Origin: a virus
Taxonomy: Duplodnaviria; Caudoviricetes
Virus record (IMG/VR): IMGVR_UViG_3300032275_000001
Span: 45,995 to 109,994 of that record
Reading direction: 5' to 3' (one strand)
Length of the DNA stretch: 64,000 nt
The notes under the pieces were generated by a model that was not told where the DNA came from, made no database searches, and worked only from the letters and a program-made list of their open reading frames with translations. Made by a program: the position numbers and the translations under genes. This document shows positions 51,601-59,320 of the stretch, piece by piece (the stretch's first letter is position 1; each line of letters begins with the position of its first letter).

Positions 51601-51882
51601 TATTTCTATGATCCAACTAGTATTGGTACATTAGTATCAGGAGGAGTATTTCCATCAGTACAATTGTTAACTAATTATAGAAAGGCATTAAGTAGTTTCT
51701 TAGTTGAAAATTATGCAATTGCAACAGGAGATGAAAAACTAGAAGAAAAGAATAAAGTGATTAAATACTGGATGAAATCTTTCAAGGTGACTAATCAAAT
51801 GTCAGCTCTGCTACCTTTATTTTCACCAGAGCTTGCAAAAGATCTTGACATCAGAATGCAATCAAAATTTGGTATTAGGTAG
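45679..51882 (+). CDS. Large multidomain virion protein with PD-(D/E)xK nuclease-like and zincin-like domains
   Basis: KGTAGH...AGTVDFL...VNILDWK (48361-48432), PEEAMHF (~47520), N-terminal ILEVQSD domain. Confidence 0.7.
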   Translation: MANCPNKNLEEWKLLVASRGEDVAYYLWDKYNTRVPESESKIEIVKTGLKATNILQSPKADQFFGAVAKNKISGDFFWKKMQADLGVPKDQLEILKSFNTQDRGELISSLLANYSFAIEINTAKTKDTLTSYEESGGVSAFKRDGKYYMSDPDVGESNEITKEAYDQWIKDSKTFLDKNADYYSNLTVPGGTNYTENEIATPAITPSIKGHAQFATDQGIGWFRSDEQAVVTSPENVEDDIDLWTAKKVNGKIIVPTNKATKTRRILEVQSDLFQKGRDRKNLTGIPTNSVITAALFENEEYSFELNDYAYDAVVEDIYYEEENQTEPTTVYYKNGMRISNKEMEIAKKEYEKQNIPQSKNQFLQLLNQGSNWVTFFVKSIIQDSAKKGYEKVLFPSGETAAKVEGHETLANQLQTMNQDLENFKSDLEIEKTALAKLESFRKLKEEELYEYNLTKDSLEREITNVEGSIVSTDTKINQVEAKIKNYKDNGIGKLKPIENFYENTVKNVLNKQYGKENVKQVTDEYGNTWNEINIVPEREQQPIMLQKKEGPIPTSASSKTIAALKDFIKRIGVDIKNVKDIVIDGVRQDANGAAFMMQKLIQVVEGKEAQALPEEAMHFAIEIIEQKNPKLFNQFLKEITDYTIYNEVLRDYSDDPKYQTPEGKPDIRKLKKEAIGKVLAEVIINQSEGISEHPEKIAKVETWWSKIVDYLTNLFTTSGFDKASMDILSGKSIGTAEDIVDGGVYLQKTEQTKQEQIYNSIKEIASKIKKEDDGYSIDGKKIGERVSDIVAKWYKRRLGEGSLTNDEFTNTVNDLKATKGTAGHADLEHAFEIFVDENGKLRDEILNDDGYVSQLNPNDRTMYDILKKNLQDRLATFPKGTIFMSEATLYDAKRDLAGTVDFLAITPEGKVNILDWKFMDLNTNKYEDIPWYKINAWNIQMEQYKYMISRVYNVKNENFEQTRMIPIKAVYSEANRKTGAMPQLLSIKIGDVNVKNIQEDYLIPVGLEAEKTGNKKIDGLLEKLNGIYKKLSAEKALPSEKINKAEQLNALFSAIRQLQMKQNIAPLLYQAKILNKQIEATIDIYNTKFKGQDKSKFTEPEISEFSNTLEVIQQALDSYINLDTELKFLFQGELSEEDKKLKEELRDTVDNAREYKDQLKDVDIEYIENIVGGSATAEKIVKGLTKWFGNTATIQLKALDVLFKKSNKAYALAGMDVQTEVKRLTDIKSSFEKWASAKGLSVKNQFDLLKKKESNELIDEFDPKFYSTLKEKIKDKDISWIKDNVDVEAYRKYLEEKREEEYQRIDDKAAYRVGSEEQINKDIAREKSKVSDLYNILSDKSVGWLLENDIKKFPKRETWESANWKELNKPENAPAKEFYDYIKERNQYYQSIGYINAADARTFLPWVRKSFTEKLIFGGNVTIGEQFLRNISVDEGDTGYGAIDPNTGKPIDTIPRYLTGKINGEVSTDLFKTMAMYNEFAIKFKYLTDIEAQGRALVRLERNKKAIATSYFGKTEYKDGVLQYNPDNTENTKLVEDMVKAIIYQQQYIQSDTFDQVLGTFGKLGERVNKKLGMKILPENLEGRQVSVNKVVTQLNNSFQVMTLGLNPLSSLSNLFGGKTQSFINSGKYFTKTDFVTTEMWLLGNKMGGQDKQKALAALDYFIPFTDNYNRQAATKLSLNKLNDEAVQDFLMVMMRSGEESVQTTNFFSFIKNSIVLDAQVINTREYLKSTDEYRDFYAGTQSERDARATKFEEDVKALNEEKGVLQLGKVVEGEFVIPGVERKSDSVIELRRKVQQFTSDALGNLTEENKRLINLNVYGKSFMVFKNWIPRLVDVRMGNVKYNSASDAYEWGRTRMFVRMISEDLMGSVGNIINTLQGNDKGMAFVRELYEKKKADYETDTNKEFQMTEAEFTDLVKQNLKNQIVDFLFYAGLFALYLGVKALAPDDDEDPAVRNQHKFALKAIDKLRDEIGYFYDPTSIGTLVSGGVFPSVQLLTNYRKALSSFLVENYAIATGDEKLEEKNKVIKYWMKSFKVTNQMSALLPLFSPELAKDLDIRMQSKFGIR

Positions 51883-51886
51883 GAAC

Positions 51887-51948
51887 GCTATATTATACCA
51901 TCTATTTTCTATAACACTTTGACGTTAAGTTTATAAACATTATTTTTA
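51887..51948 (+). promoter_or_regulatory. Promoter with upstream GCTATATTAT motif
   Basis: GCTATATTAT 51887-51896, TTTG 51918-51921, TATTTTTA 51941-51948. Confidence 0.6.
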
Positions 51949-51967
51949 CACATTATACAACATACCT

Positions 51968-53653
51968 ATGAATCAATTTTGTGAAGCTATACCATGTCCT
52001 GTTATACTAAATTCTACCTGCGTATTCTACGAAGGAGCTAGTTTAGTATGTTCAGGAATCAATACTAATGATACCCTTGAGACTGTCATAGTTAAGTTAA
52101 ATCAAAAACTATGTAATGTTAGTGGAACATCTGGTACAAGTGGCACTAGTGGGACCAGTGGTACAGCAGGTACAAGTGGTCAAAATGGAGATAGATATAG
52201 AACAACTAGTACTGATGAATTTACATTAGGACAAGGAGGATCATTAAATGTTGATACATTCTTATCATACACTCCTGGACAATCTATTGTTATATCACAC
52301 AATGCATATAACTATCAAGAATGTATTGTTATTAATTATGATCCTTTAACAGGCATATTAAACTTTGAGTCTCCTACACAAGTTATTGGATCAGGAACAT
52401 TTGACTATTGGGATATAAACCTTGATGGTTCAACAGGTGGTGATGGATCTTCAGGAAGCTCTGGATCTTCTGGCACAACAGGTACCTCAGGAACATCAGG
52501 AACAAGAGGAACTTCTGGAAGCAGTGGTTCATCAGGTGTTAACGGAACTAGTGGAACTAGTGGTAGTAGTGGAAGTAGTAGTACGTCTGGTACTGCTGGT
52601 ACAAGTGGTACATCAGGAAATAATGGATTGGGTGGTAGCAGTGGTACATCTGGGACTAGTGGAACAAATGGAGCCAATGGTATAAATGGAACAAGTGGTA
52701 CTACAGGTACATCAGGTACTAGCGGAACAAGTGGTAACACTGGTTTAAATGGTAGTAATGGAACTTCTGGTACATCAGGCACAACAGGAACTAGTGGTAG
52801 TGATGGAAGTTCAGGCACATCGGGCACTACAGGAACTTCTGGTACTAGTGGTAGTTCAGGAACAAGCGGTACTTCAGGCAATGATGGTTCTTCTGGAACT
52901 AGTGGAACGTCAGGAACTAGTGCTACGTCTGGAACAAGTGGTACTAGTGGTGTAAATGGTATATCATCAGGACAGGTTTATTATTTTAATGAATCTATCA
53001 ATCAAACACCATATAAAGAATTTTCACCTATACCAACAAGTGAAATTCAACAAACTATAACTGCTACTATTGCAAATGGTGTAACATCAACTATTCAATC
53101 ATATTTAACACCTTCAACTTATCCGAATGTTTCAGTAATACCATTAGGTGTATGGTCATTCTACTTACACGCATATAAACAAAATAATAATGCAAGTTTT
53201 GATATATTCTGTGAAGTTTATAAAAGAACAACAGGAGGAGTTGAAACTTTATTATTTTCAACTGACCCATCACCTGTAACATCAAATTCACCAAATCCAT
53301 CAATGATATTATCTGATGGATTTCAGGCAGGATTTTCAATAAATACAACAGATAGAATATTAGTTAAAGTTAGAGCAACTAATACATCAAACCAATCACA
53401 TACAATTACCTTTGTTACTGAAGGAACAACTTATTATTCTTTTGCTCAAACAACATTAGGTGTAGTTAATAGTTCATCTGGTACTAGTGGATCTTCAGGA
53501 ACTTCTGGTAGTAATGGTTCAAGTGGAAGTAATGGTAGTTCTGGAACAAATGGAAGTAATGGATCTTCAGGTACTAGTGGAACAGCAGGAAACAATGATG
53601 GAAACTCAGATTATTTACTTATGGTAAGTTTTAGAACATTATATAATTATTAA
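51968..53653 (+). CDS. Fibre-like protein with long Gly-Thr-Ser (G-X-Y) repeats
   Basis: Cys-rich N-terminal anchor like 10127 and 11300; three (GTS/GSS)n blocks separated by beta domains. Confidence 0.7.
   Translation: MNQFCEAIPCPVILNSTCVFYEGASLVCSGINTNDTLETVIVKLNQKLCNVSGTSGTSGTSGTSGTAGTSGQNGDRYRTTSTDEFTLGQGGSLNVDTFLSYTPGQSIVISHNAYNYQECIVINYDPLTGILNFESPTQVIGSGTFDYWDINLDGSTGGDGSSGSSGSSGTTGTSGTSGTRGTSGSSGSSGVNGTSGTSGSSGSSSTSGTAGTSGTSGNNGLGGSSGTSGTSGTNGANGINGTSGTTGTSGTSGTSGNTGLNGSNGTSGTSGTTGTSGSDGSSGTSGTTGTSGTSGSSGTSGTSGNDGSSGTSGTSGTSATSGTSGTSGVNGISSGQVYYFNESINQTPYKEFSPIPTSEIQQTITATIANGVTSTIQSYLTPSTYPNVSVIPLGVWSFYLHAYKQNNNASFDIFCEVYKRTTGGVETLLFSTDPSPVTSNSPNPSMILSDGFQAGFSINTTDRILVKVRATNTSNQSHTITFVTEGTTYYSFAQTTLGVVNSSSGTSGSSGTSGSNGSSGSNGSSGTNGSNGSSGTSGTAGNNDGNSDYLLMVSFRTLYNY
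52438..52965 (+). repeat. Degenerate 9-bp coding repeat (GGN-ACN-TCN/AGY)n
   Basis: About 55-60 G-X-Y triplets with heavy synonymous variation; shorter blocks near 52121-52182 and 53471-53600. Confidence 0.9.
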
Positions 53654-53666
53654 AAATAAATAAATT

Positions 53667-54116
53667 ATGGCATTGACGAATGGACAAATACCAGTATTAG
53701 CAAACGTACCAAATAGTGGTGTTGCGGTAATAACTGGAACAACAATTGGAACTTTAGGTTCTGATACAAATGGTGTAGTAGTATATACTGCAGGTAGTTT
53801 AGGTGGTAGAATATATTCACTTACAGCAGTTACAAGCTCAACAGTAATTGTAAATACATATGTATATATATTAAGAGGATCAACAGTTATTCCATTGGGA
53901 TTAGTTAGTATTCCTTTATCATCAGGTAATACATTGGCAGTAAAATTTAATGTTGATTATCTTGATGGTGTAAATATATTAGGATTACCATTAGATAATA
54001 CTGGTAAAAGATATATTCCTCTTCAAGGTGGTGATAAATTAAAACTAACTACTATTATCAATATAGCAGCAGGATCTGCTTGGGTTACTGCTCATGGTGC
54101 TGATTATCAAGCATAA
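53667..54116 (+). CDS. Hypothetical beta-rich protein (possible fibre accessory)
   Basis: 149-aa ORF in operon with the GTS fibre. Confidence 0.55.
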   Translation: MALTNGQIPVLANVPNSGVAVITGTTIGTLGSDTNGVVVYTAGSLGGRIYSLTAVTSSTVIVNTYVYILRGSTVIPLGLVSIPLSSGNTLAVKFNVDYLDGVNILGLPLDNTGKRYIPLQGGDKLKLTTIINIAAGSAWVTAHGADYQA

Positions 54117-54130
54117 AATAATAACTATAT

Positions 54131-55204
54131 ATGACTGGTATTGAAAATGGTTTAGTAAATGGTGTATATGATAATTCATTAAATGGGTTATGTGGAGGAC
54201 TTATGGGACAACATCAACAAATAAGTGAAGTAAATACATTTATCTTTACTATTAAAACAACTTCAACAAAAACTATTGTTCTTCCACTTATGTCAACTGG
54301 AACTTATAATTTCTGGGTTGATTGGGGTGATGGTATTAAAGATTTTGTAAGAACCTACGGTCAAATATACTCAGGCGAAACTGTTGCAAGAACACATACT
54401 TACCCGACTGCGTTAAGAAACTATACCATAAAAATAACTGGAGTATGCCGTGGATGGTCGTATTTCGGATTAACGCTTGAACAAACTAAAATATTGACAA
54501 TAGAAAGATTTGGGTGTTTGGAATTAATTAGCGATGCCAATGGGCAACAATTTGCGGGTTGTAGTATTTTAGATTTATCAAATGTTAAAGATACACCAAG
54601 ATTAAATTATATAACTCAACTTGTCCAAACATTTCAATATTGTAGTAAATTAAAAATTAATTTACTTAATAATTGGGATGTTAGTAAAATATTTAGTCTT
54701 TCAACAACATTCAATGGGTGTTCCGTGCTTAATGAAGATATTGGTAATTGGAACGTGAGTACTGTATCGAATATGGGAGGATTATTTGCAGATGCAGTAT
54801 TATTTAACAGAGATATTAGTAATTGGAACGTGAGTAACGTGACATTTATGCAAGCAACATTCTCAAACGCTGCGTCCTTTAACCAATCTATCGGGTCGTG
54901 GGATGTTAGTAAAGTAACGAGTATGAATGGTATGTTTAGTAACGCCGCTGCTTTCGACCAAAACATAGGAAATTGGAACGTAAGTATATGTACTAATTTT
55001 GGAAGTTTTATGTCAACAAAAACACCTGCAACATTTTCAGCAGCTAATTTAGATGCTATTTATAATGGTTGGAGTAGTAGACCATCAAATTCAAATTTAA
55101 GTATTTCTTTTGGTACTGCAAATTATACAATAGCAGGTGGTAGTGCAGGCAGATCGATTTTAGTAAGTCGTGGATGGACAATAGTTGACGGAGGAGGAAT
55201 TTAA
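54131..55204 (+). CDS. BspA-like / DUF285-type leucine-rich-repeat surface protein
   Basis: VDWGDG...HTY PKD-like motif and 25-aa repeats 'FN.DI.NWNVS.V..M..MF'. Confidence 0.85.
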   Translation: MTGIENGLVNGVYDNSLNGLCGGLMGQHQQISEVNTFIFTIKTTSTKTIVLPLMSTGTYNFWVDWGDGIKDFVRTYGQIYSGETVARTHTYPTALRNYTIKITGVCRGWSYFGLTLEQTKILTIERFGCLELISDANGQQFAGCSILDLSNVKDTPRLNYITQLVQTFQYCSKLKINLLNNWDVSKIFSLSTTFNGCSVLNEDIGNWNVSTVSNMGGLFADAVLFNRDISNWNVSNVTFMQATFSNAASFNQSIGSWDVSKVTSMNGMFSNAAAFDQNIGNWNVSICTNFGSFMSTKTPATFSAANLDAIYNGWSSRPSNSNLSISFGTANYTIAGGSAGRSILVSRGWTIVDGGGI

Positions 55205-55215
55205 AAACAAATAAT

Positions 55216-55410
55216 ATGAACAATTTTTATTTAGCACATAACGAGATAGATGTATTTCATTATGGTAGTATTCAAGAAGGTCAAACTGTAACAACAGGAC
55301 AACCGTTCCTTGAATATTTTGAAACAGAACAAGGTTTAATTGACAGAGTGCTTGAGTTAGATCAAGAATATATAAGTACATCACCAATTATTAATCAATC
55401 ACAAATATGA
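55216..55410 (+). CDS. Small hypothetical protein
   Basis: 64-aa ORF directly after the BspA-like gene. Confidence 0.55.
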   Translation: MNNFYLAHNEIDVFHYGSIQEGQTVTTGQPFLEYFETEQGLIDRVLELDQEYISTSPIINQSQI

Positions 55411-55670
55411 ATAAATTTATAGAAGAAAGATGGTACATGCATCTAATAGGTGGGGCTATTACAGTAACACCAATTATTTGGTTGTTGATTAAATTTGATC
55501 CTTCCTTTGATATAGGTAAAATTGCTCAAGTATTTATTGCTGGGTTATTTGCTTATTTTATAGGATTTACATGGGAATGGTACAATGGAAAATACCACGA
55601 AGCACCTTTTGATTGGAATGATATAGCATTTACAATGCTAGGAGCAATTATAGGAACAATATTATTATAA
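55407..55670 (+). CDS. Small membrane protein (about 3 TM)
   Basis: Hydrophobic segments with H..G, WE and DWND motifs. Confidence 0.6.
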   Translation: MNKFIEERWYMHLIGGAITVTPIIWLLIKFDPSFDIGKIAQVFIAGLFAYFIGFTWEWYNGKYHEAPFDWNDIAFTMLGAIIGTILL

Positions 55671-55731
55671 AGGCAGCTGCTATGGGAATTAGCTGGTTGG
55701 AGAGAACAAAGCTGCCTTTAAATTTTAAATT

Positions 55732-55812
55732 ATGACAAATCAAGATAAAAATTGGATATTATTTTGGATATATGTTATTGTAACAACAATATTTATTCTT
55801 TCATTTAAGTAA
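55732..55812 (+). CDS. 26-aa single-TM micropeptide (not in ORF track)
   Basis: MTNQDKNWILFWIYVIVTTIFILSFK with an AT-rich leader. Confidence 0.35.
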   Translation: MTNQDKNWILFWIYVIVTTIFILSFK

Positions 55813-55820
55813 TCAAATAT

Positions 55821-55843
55821 AAACCCTCTATACGAGGGTTTTT
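55821..55843. terminator. Bidirectional terminator between convergent units
   Basis: AAACCCTC-TATAC-GAGGGTTT followed by TT. Confidence 0.65.
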
Positions 55844-58806
55844 ATTATTTCTATTACCATGTTTGGTGTCACACTATTCTGACATTCAAACTGTCTCTCT
55901 GTGCCTTCATGCAATGGACACCAGTTCCAATTTGATTTATCAAACTTATATTCTGGTTTATTCCAACATCCATGGCATACATTTGTATTGATTGGTCTAT
56001 GACATGTAAACTCATGATCTTTATCAGTGAAATTACTGATCATTATCACTGGTACATCTAATCCCCAGGCCAACCAACTGAGACCTGAACTTAAACCTAT
56101 AAAGAATTCACTTTGTGCTATCCATTTTATCGTACTCTCAACTGATTTATCAAGTAATGGATCACAGTTGTCAAATGGATTGTTTTCTAGTGATACATTC
56201 TTCACTGTATACTCTTGATCATGTAGATAGTTAATTACTTCTTGCCAAGCTTCTCTGGGCCAGAACTTACAGCCTGATGTACTATTTGTAGCTATTGTAA
56301 CTAGTTTATGATTTACTTTAAGTCCTGAGTTATGTACACTAGGTTTGATTTCTATATAATCAAGACCTAGAATGTTTGTAGCTGTCTTTTGTAAAGGAAT
56401 TGTATTAGGAAGAACAGGTTCTTTATTATCATTATAGAACCAACCTAACTTATACATTGCATACAGATTGTTAAATACATATCCTGGTTCCACAAACTCA
56501 AGCTCTGTATAAGTGTCAAGTATATTGTTCCAAAAACTTGACACAATCACATGGCAATTGTGTTTCTTTTTAAACTCAAGAGCGTACGGTATCCAAGCTA
56601 ATGTATCTCCTAATGAAAAACTATCAAAAGCAATGTACACTCTCTTGTCTGTCAAATCTATTATCTTATTGTACACTTCCACACCATCCTTGTACACTAT
56701 AGTTTGCCATGTAGTAAAGTATTCTCTGTTAAGTTTTATCCAATGATTGCACTTTATTGTATCATAATGAACTAACTTTTGTGTTTCTACATCATGAAAC
56801 TCTACATCAAATGTACTATCACTGGTTCCTGTTATTTCAAGGAATGGTTGTCCAACAAAATTTTGTATGATATTATAATCATTTACAGGCTTTTTGTTTG
56901 GAATAACGGACATTGCTTTCTCATATAATGACATGTGATCTTTAGCAAAATCATCAGTTGTATTATTAGTTAGTATATGATAATTTGTATGATCTGTTAA
57001 CATATCTTCTACTTGACGTTTTAGTTTTTTAGGATCTAGAGTTGTAATATATCTAGTAAACATATTTTTATATTGAGGAAGATCTCTAGCAATAATTTTT
57101 TTACCAAAACTAATAGCTTCTCTTAATACTAATGGATTACATTCCCATGTAGAGTTAAACATAACTATATCAGCAGCCATTATAAAATATTTAGCATCAT
57201 CTCGTTCTCCCCATATCTTTACATTATCTGGAACATCATTCATAAGTGGTTCCCAATAGTCTTGAAAGTTACCAGCTTGATTACCTATAAAATGAAATCC
57301 TACATCTGGCATTTGTTTAGCTAATTCAAGCATCTCACCTTGGTTCTTTCCAGGAGTCCATAAACCAACATTTACAACATGTTTCATTTTAAGATTCATA
57401 CCAAGAGCTATCTTAGCTTCATAACAATCATCTTCTGAAACTCTATAGTTATCAATAGGAAACTCAATCACTTCTTTATAATATCCTTCTACATTAGCAA
57501 ATGTATCTAAGTGATAAGGAGTGCAGAAAGCGTATGCATCAGGTGTAAATATCTTATTAGCAGGATTAAAAGAAACATCATGGCAAGTCTCAACTATCCT
57601 ATATTTCCTATCAGGAGAGTAAAGTCTTCTTACCATTTTAGGATCTAGTCTTTCAGACATCTCATCTATGTGTATAATGTCTGGTTTAAACTCATCTACA
57701 GCCTTGAAGATTCTCATCTTATCTTCATTTAATGTATATAAGCCTGTAAGCTTTATAATTTCATCTCTCTGTACAACATAATCTTTGCTGTAACATTGAT
57801 ATTCTACCACTTGAATTGATACATTTGGCAGAGTTTGCAACGCTTGTATTCTCTTAAGAAGGAATGCTGGCATACCACCTGTAGATAGGTGAGGAGCAAG
57901 GAATAGGATTTTTAGTTTAGACATTGGTTTAAATATTTTAGACATTATTTTAGACATTTGAACTGGATCTTTCTCTCCATGTAGGAATAGTAATTGTTCT
58001 TTACACTCTGGTAACCTGAACCAACTCTCAACATGTTTGCCCCAGTTATCTTCATTGTATATCCTATCTAGCTTATCAAGACCAGTGTTAGTGTATATAT
58101 AAGGAAGACCTTGATGTATATTATATTTCCACAATAGCACATTTACTATTGTTTCTTCGTGATAGGGAGCATAGATTTGTGGATTATTAAGAACAATAGG
58201 ATGCGTGCACATCCAATACCACTCATCTAGAAATGATATAGTGTTCTTACCAGCTACAAAGTAACCAGTTTGTCTATATCTTTCTCTTACATATTGATTT
58301 ACATTGAATAAGTCACATGCTGGATGTTCTAGTGTTGTAGAGAGATCATCTTTGCTATCAGCTCCTCCTCTTCCATTAATATGTAGATAGTCATATATAC
58401 CTTCTACAAAATATGGATGTCCACATTCAGTGTTATACATATCAAATATACTATCTATGTATTGTGTAGCAATTGAATCAGAATCTACATAACATATTGT
58501 ATCAGCAAAGTTCTCAAGAGCATGCTTAACTACAAGAGGTCTTTGAATTAATAACTTGTATACATTAGGATTGTTTCTGTCTATATAATCAGCTTTGACT
58601 GAATAGTCAACATCACATTCCCAATAGACAGTGTTAGCTCCAGGAACCTCTCTGTGATCATCTAGCATATACACTGTGATTGGTATATTGCTAAACTGTT
58701 GAATGCTCTCTACAGCCATACATACAGTGCTGTAATAAGATGCGTTTGCATATAAAACATACATTTTATCTGCTTTTATATGTTCATACGTATAACTATC
58801 GGACAT
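55828..58806 (-). CDS. Three-domain glycosyltransferase: GT-A (DxD) + GT4-like GT-B + Aah/TibC-type protein O-heptosyltransferase
   Basis: YVDSDS; KILFLAPHLSTGGM...NSTWECNPLVLREA; KRVYI.FDS.SLGDTLAW.PY..EF.KKHNC, FIGLSSGLSWLAW and CHGCWN...WCPLHEGTERQFEC. Start taken at ATG 58806, just after a minus-strand TATCTTTG box. Confidence 0.85.
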   Translation of the reverse strand: MSDSYTYEHIKADKMYVLYANASYYSTVCMAVESIQQFSNIPITVYMLDDHREVPGANTVYWECDVDYSVKADYIDRNNPNVYKLLIQRPLVVKHALENFADTICYVDSDSIATQYIDSIFDMYNTECGHPYFVEGIYDYLHINGRGGADSKDDLSTTLEHPACDLFNVNQYVRERYRQTGYFVAGKNTISFLDEWYWMCTHPIVLNNPQIYAPYHEETIVNVLLWKYNIHQGLPYIYTNTGLDKLDRIYNEDNWGKHVESWFRLPECKEQLLFLHGEKDPVQMSKIMSKIFKPMSKLKILFLAPHLSTGGMPAFLLKRIQALQTLPNVSIQVVEYQCYSKDYVVQRDEIIKLTGLYTLNEDKMRIFKAVDEFKPDIIHIDEMSERLDPKMVRRLYSPDRKYRIVETCHDVSFNPANKIFTPDAYAFCTPYHLDTFANVEGYYKEVIEFPIDNYRVSEDDCYEAKIALGMNLKMKHVVNVGLWTPGKNQGEMLELAKQMPDVGFHFIGNQAGNFQDYWEPLMNDVPDNVKIWGERDDAKYFIMAADIVMFNSTWECNPLVLREAISFGKKIIARDLPQYKNMFTRYITTLDPKKLKRQVEDMLTDHTNYHILTNNTTDDFAKDHMSLYEKAMSVIPNKKPVNDYNIIQNFVGQPFLEITGTSDSTFDVEFHDVETQKLVHYDTIKCNHWIKLNREYFTTWQTIVYKDGVEVYNKIIDLTDKRVYIAFDSFSLGDTLAWIPYALEFKKKHNCHVIVSSFWNNILDTYTELEFVEPGYVFNNLYAMYKLGWFYNDNKEPVLPNTIPLQKTATNILGLDYIEIKPSVHNSGLKVNHKLVTIATNSTSGCKFWPREAWQEVINYLHDQEYTVKNVSLENNPFDNCDPLLDKSVESTIKWIAQSEFFIGLSSGLSWLAWGLDVPVIMISNFTDKDHEFTCHRPINTNVCHGCWNKPEYKFDKSNWNWCPLHEGTERQFECQNSVTPNMVIEIIKTLV

Positions 58807-58824
58807 AGGTTTGATTTTTAAAAA

Positions 58825-58915
58825 CAAAGATATAAAAATATATTTAGCTTATGCTATATTATGAAGGAAATCTCATCAGACCATTTTATTATATGGAATA
58901 TATGATTTATATTTG
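58825..58915. promoter_or_regulatory. Divergent promoters flanking a GCTATATTAT motif
   Basis: Minus-strand TATCTTTG (58832-58825), GCTATATTAT 58853-58862, plus-strand TATATTTG 58908-58915. Confidence 0.6.
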
Positions 58916-58996
58916 TTATAAAATATCATAATTATTATTTGCATACAATTAACTTTTCAAATTGTATATATGTTATAACAATCCCACCTTACCATT

Positions 58997-59320
58997 ATGG
59001 AAAAATTAATTGAAAAACAAATAGAAAAAGAATTAAAAAGCATGGACCAACGCCTATATGATCTAGAGGAGAAAATGACTTCAATAGATACGAAATTGAC
59101 ACAAGTTGTGGACGCTATATTAGGAAACGCATTAACTAAAGCAGGAGGATTTGTTGCTGATATAACAGAGCTTAAAGCTAAAATAAAAACACTAGAAGCT
59201 AAACTGGAAAAACAAGAAACTTTTAAAAACAAGGTGTTATGGACAGTAGGTGTAATGGTAGCCATGGGTGTTGTGTTACAATATGTAGCAAGTATTTATT
59301 ACAATATAACAAGAATATGA
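58997..59320 (+). CDS. Coiled-coil protein with C-terminal TM (holin/antiholin-like)
   Basis: Heptad repeats then VLWTVGVMVAMGVVLQYVASIYY; first gene of the lysis cluster. Confidence 0.5.
   Translation: MEKLIEKQIEKELKSMDQRLYDLEEKMTSIDTKLTQVVDAILGNALTKAGGFVADITELKAKIKTLEAKLEKQETFKNKVLWTVGVMVAMGVVLQYVASIYYNITRI

Noticed and set aside
52405-52955. ORFs with PEVPLVP or VVVVE repeats on other frames and the minus strand
   Set aside because: Shadows of the GTS repeat in 51968-53653.
52121-53600. CRISPR-like or tandem DNA array
   Set aside because: Repeats are codon-degenerate 9-mers in a coding frame, with no constant repeat and unique spacers.
54131-55204. Diversity-generating retroelement target
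   Set aside because: No reverse transcriptase and no template/variable repeat pair differing at adenines is visible in the window.
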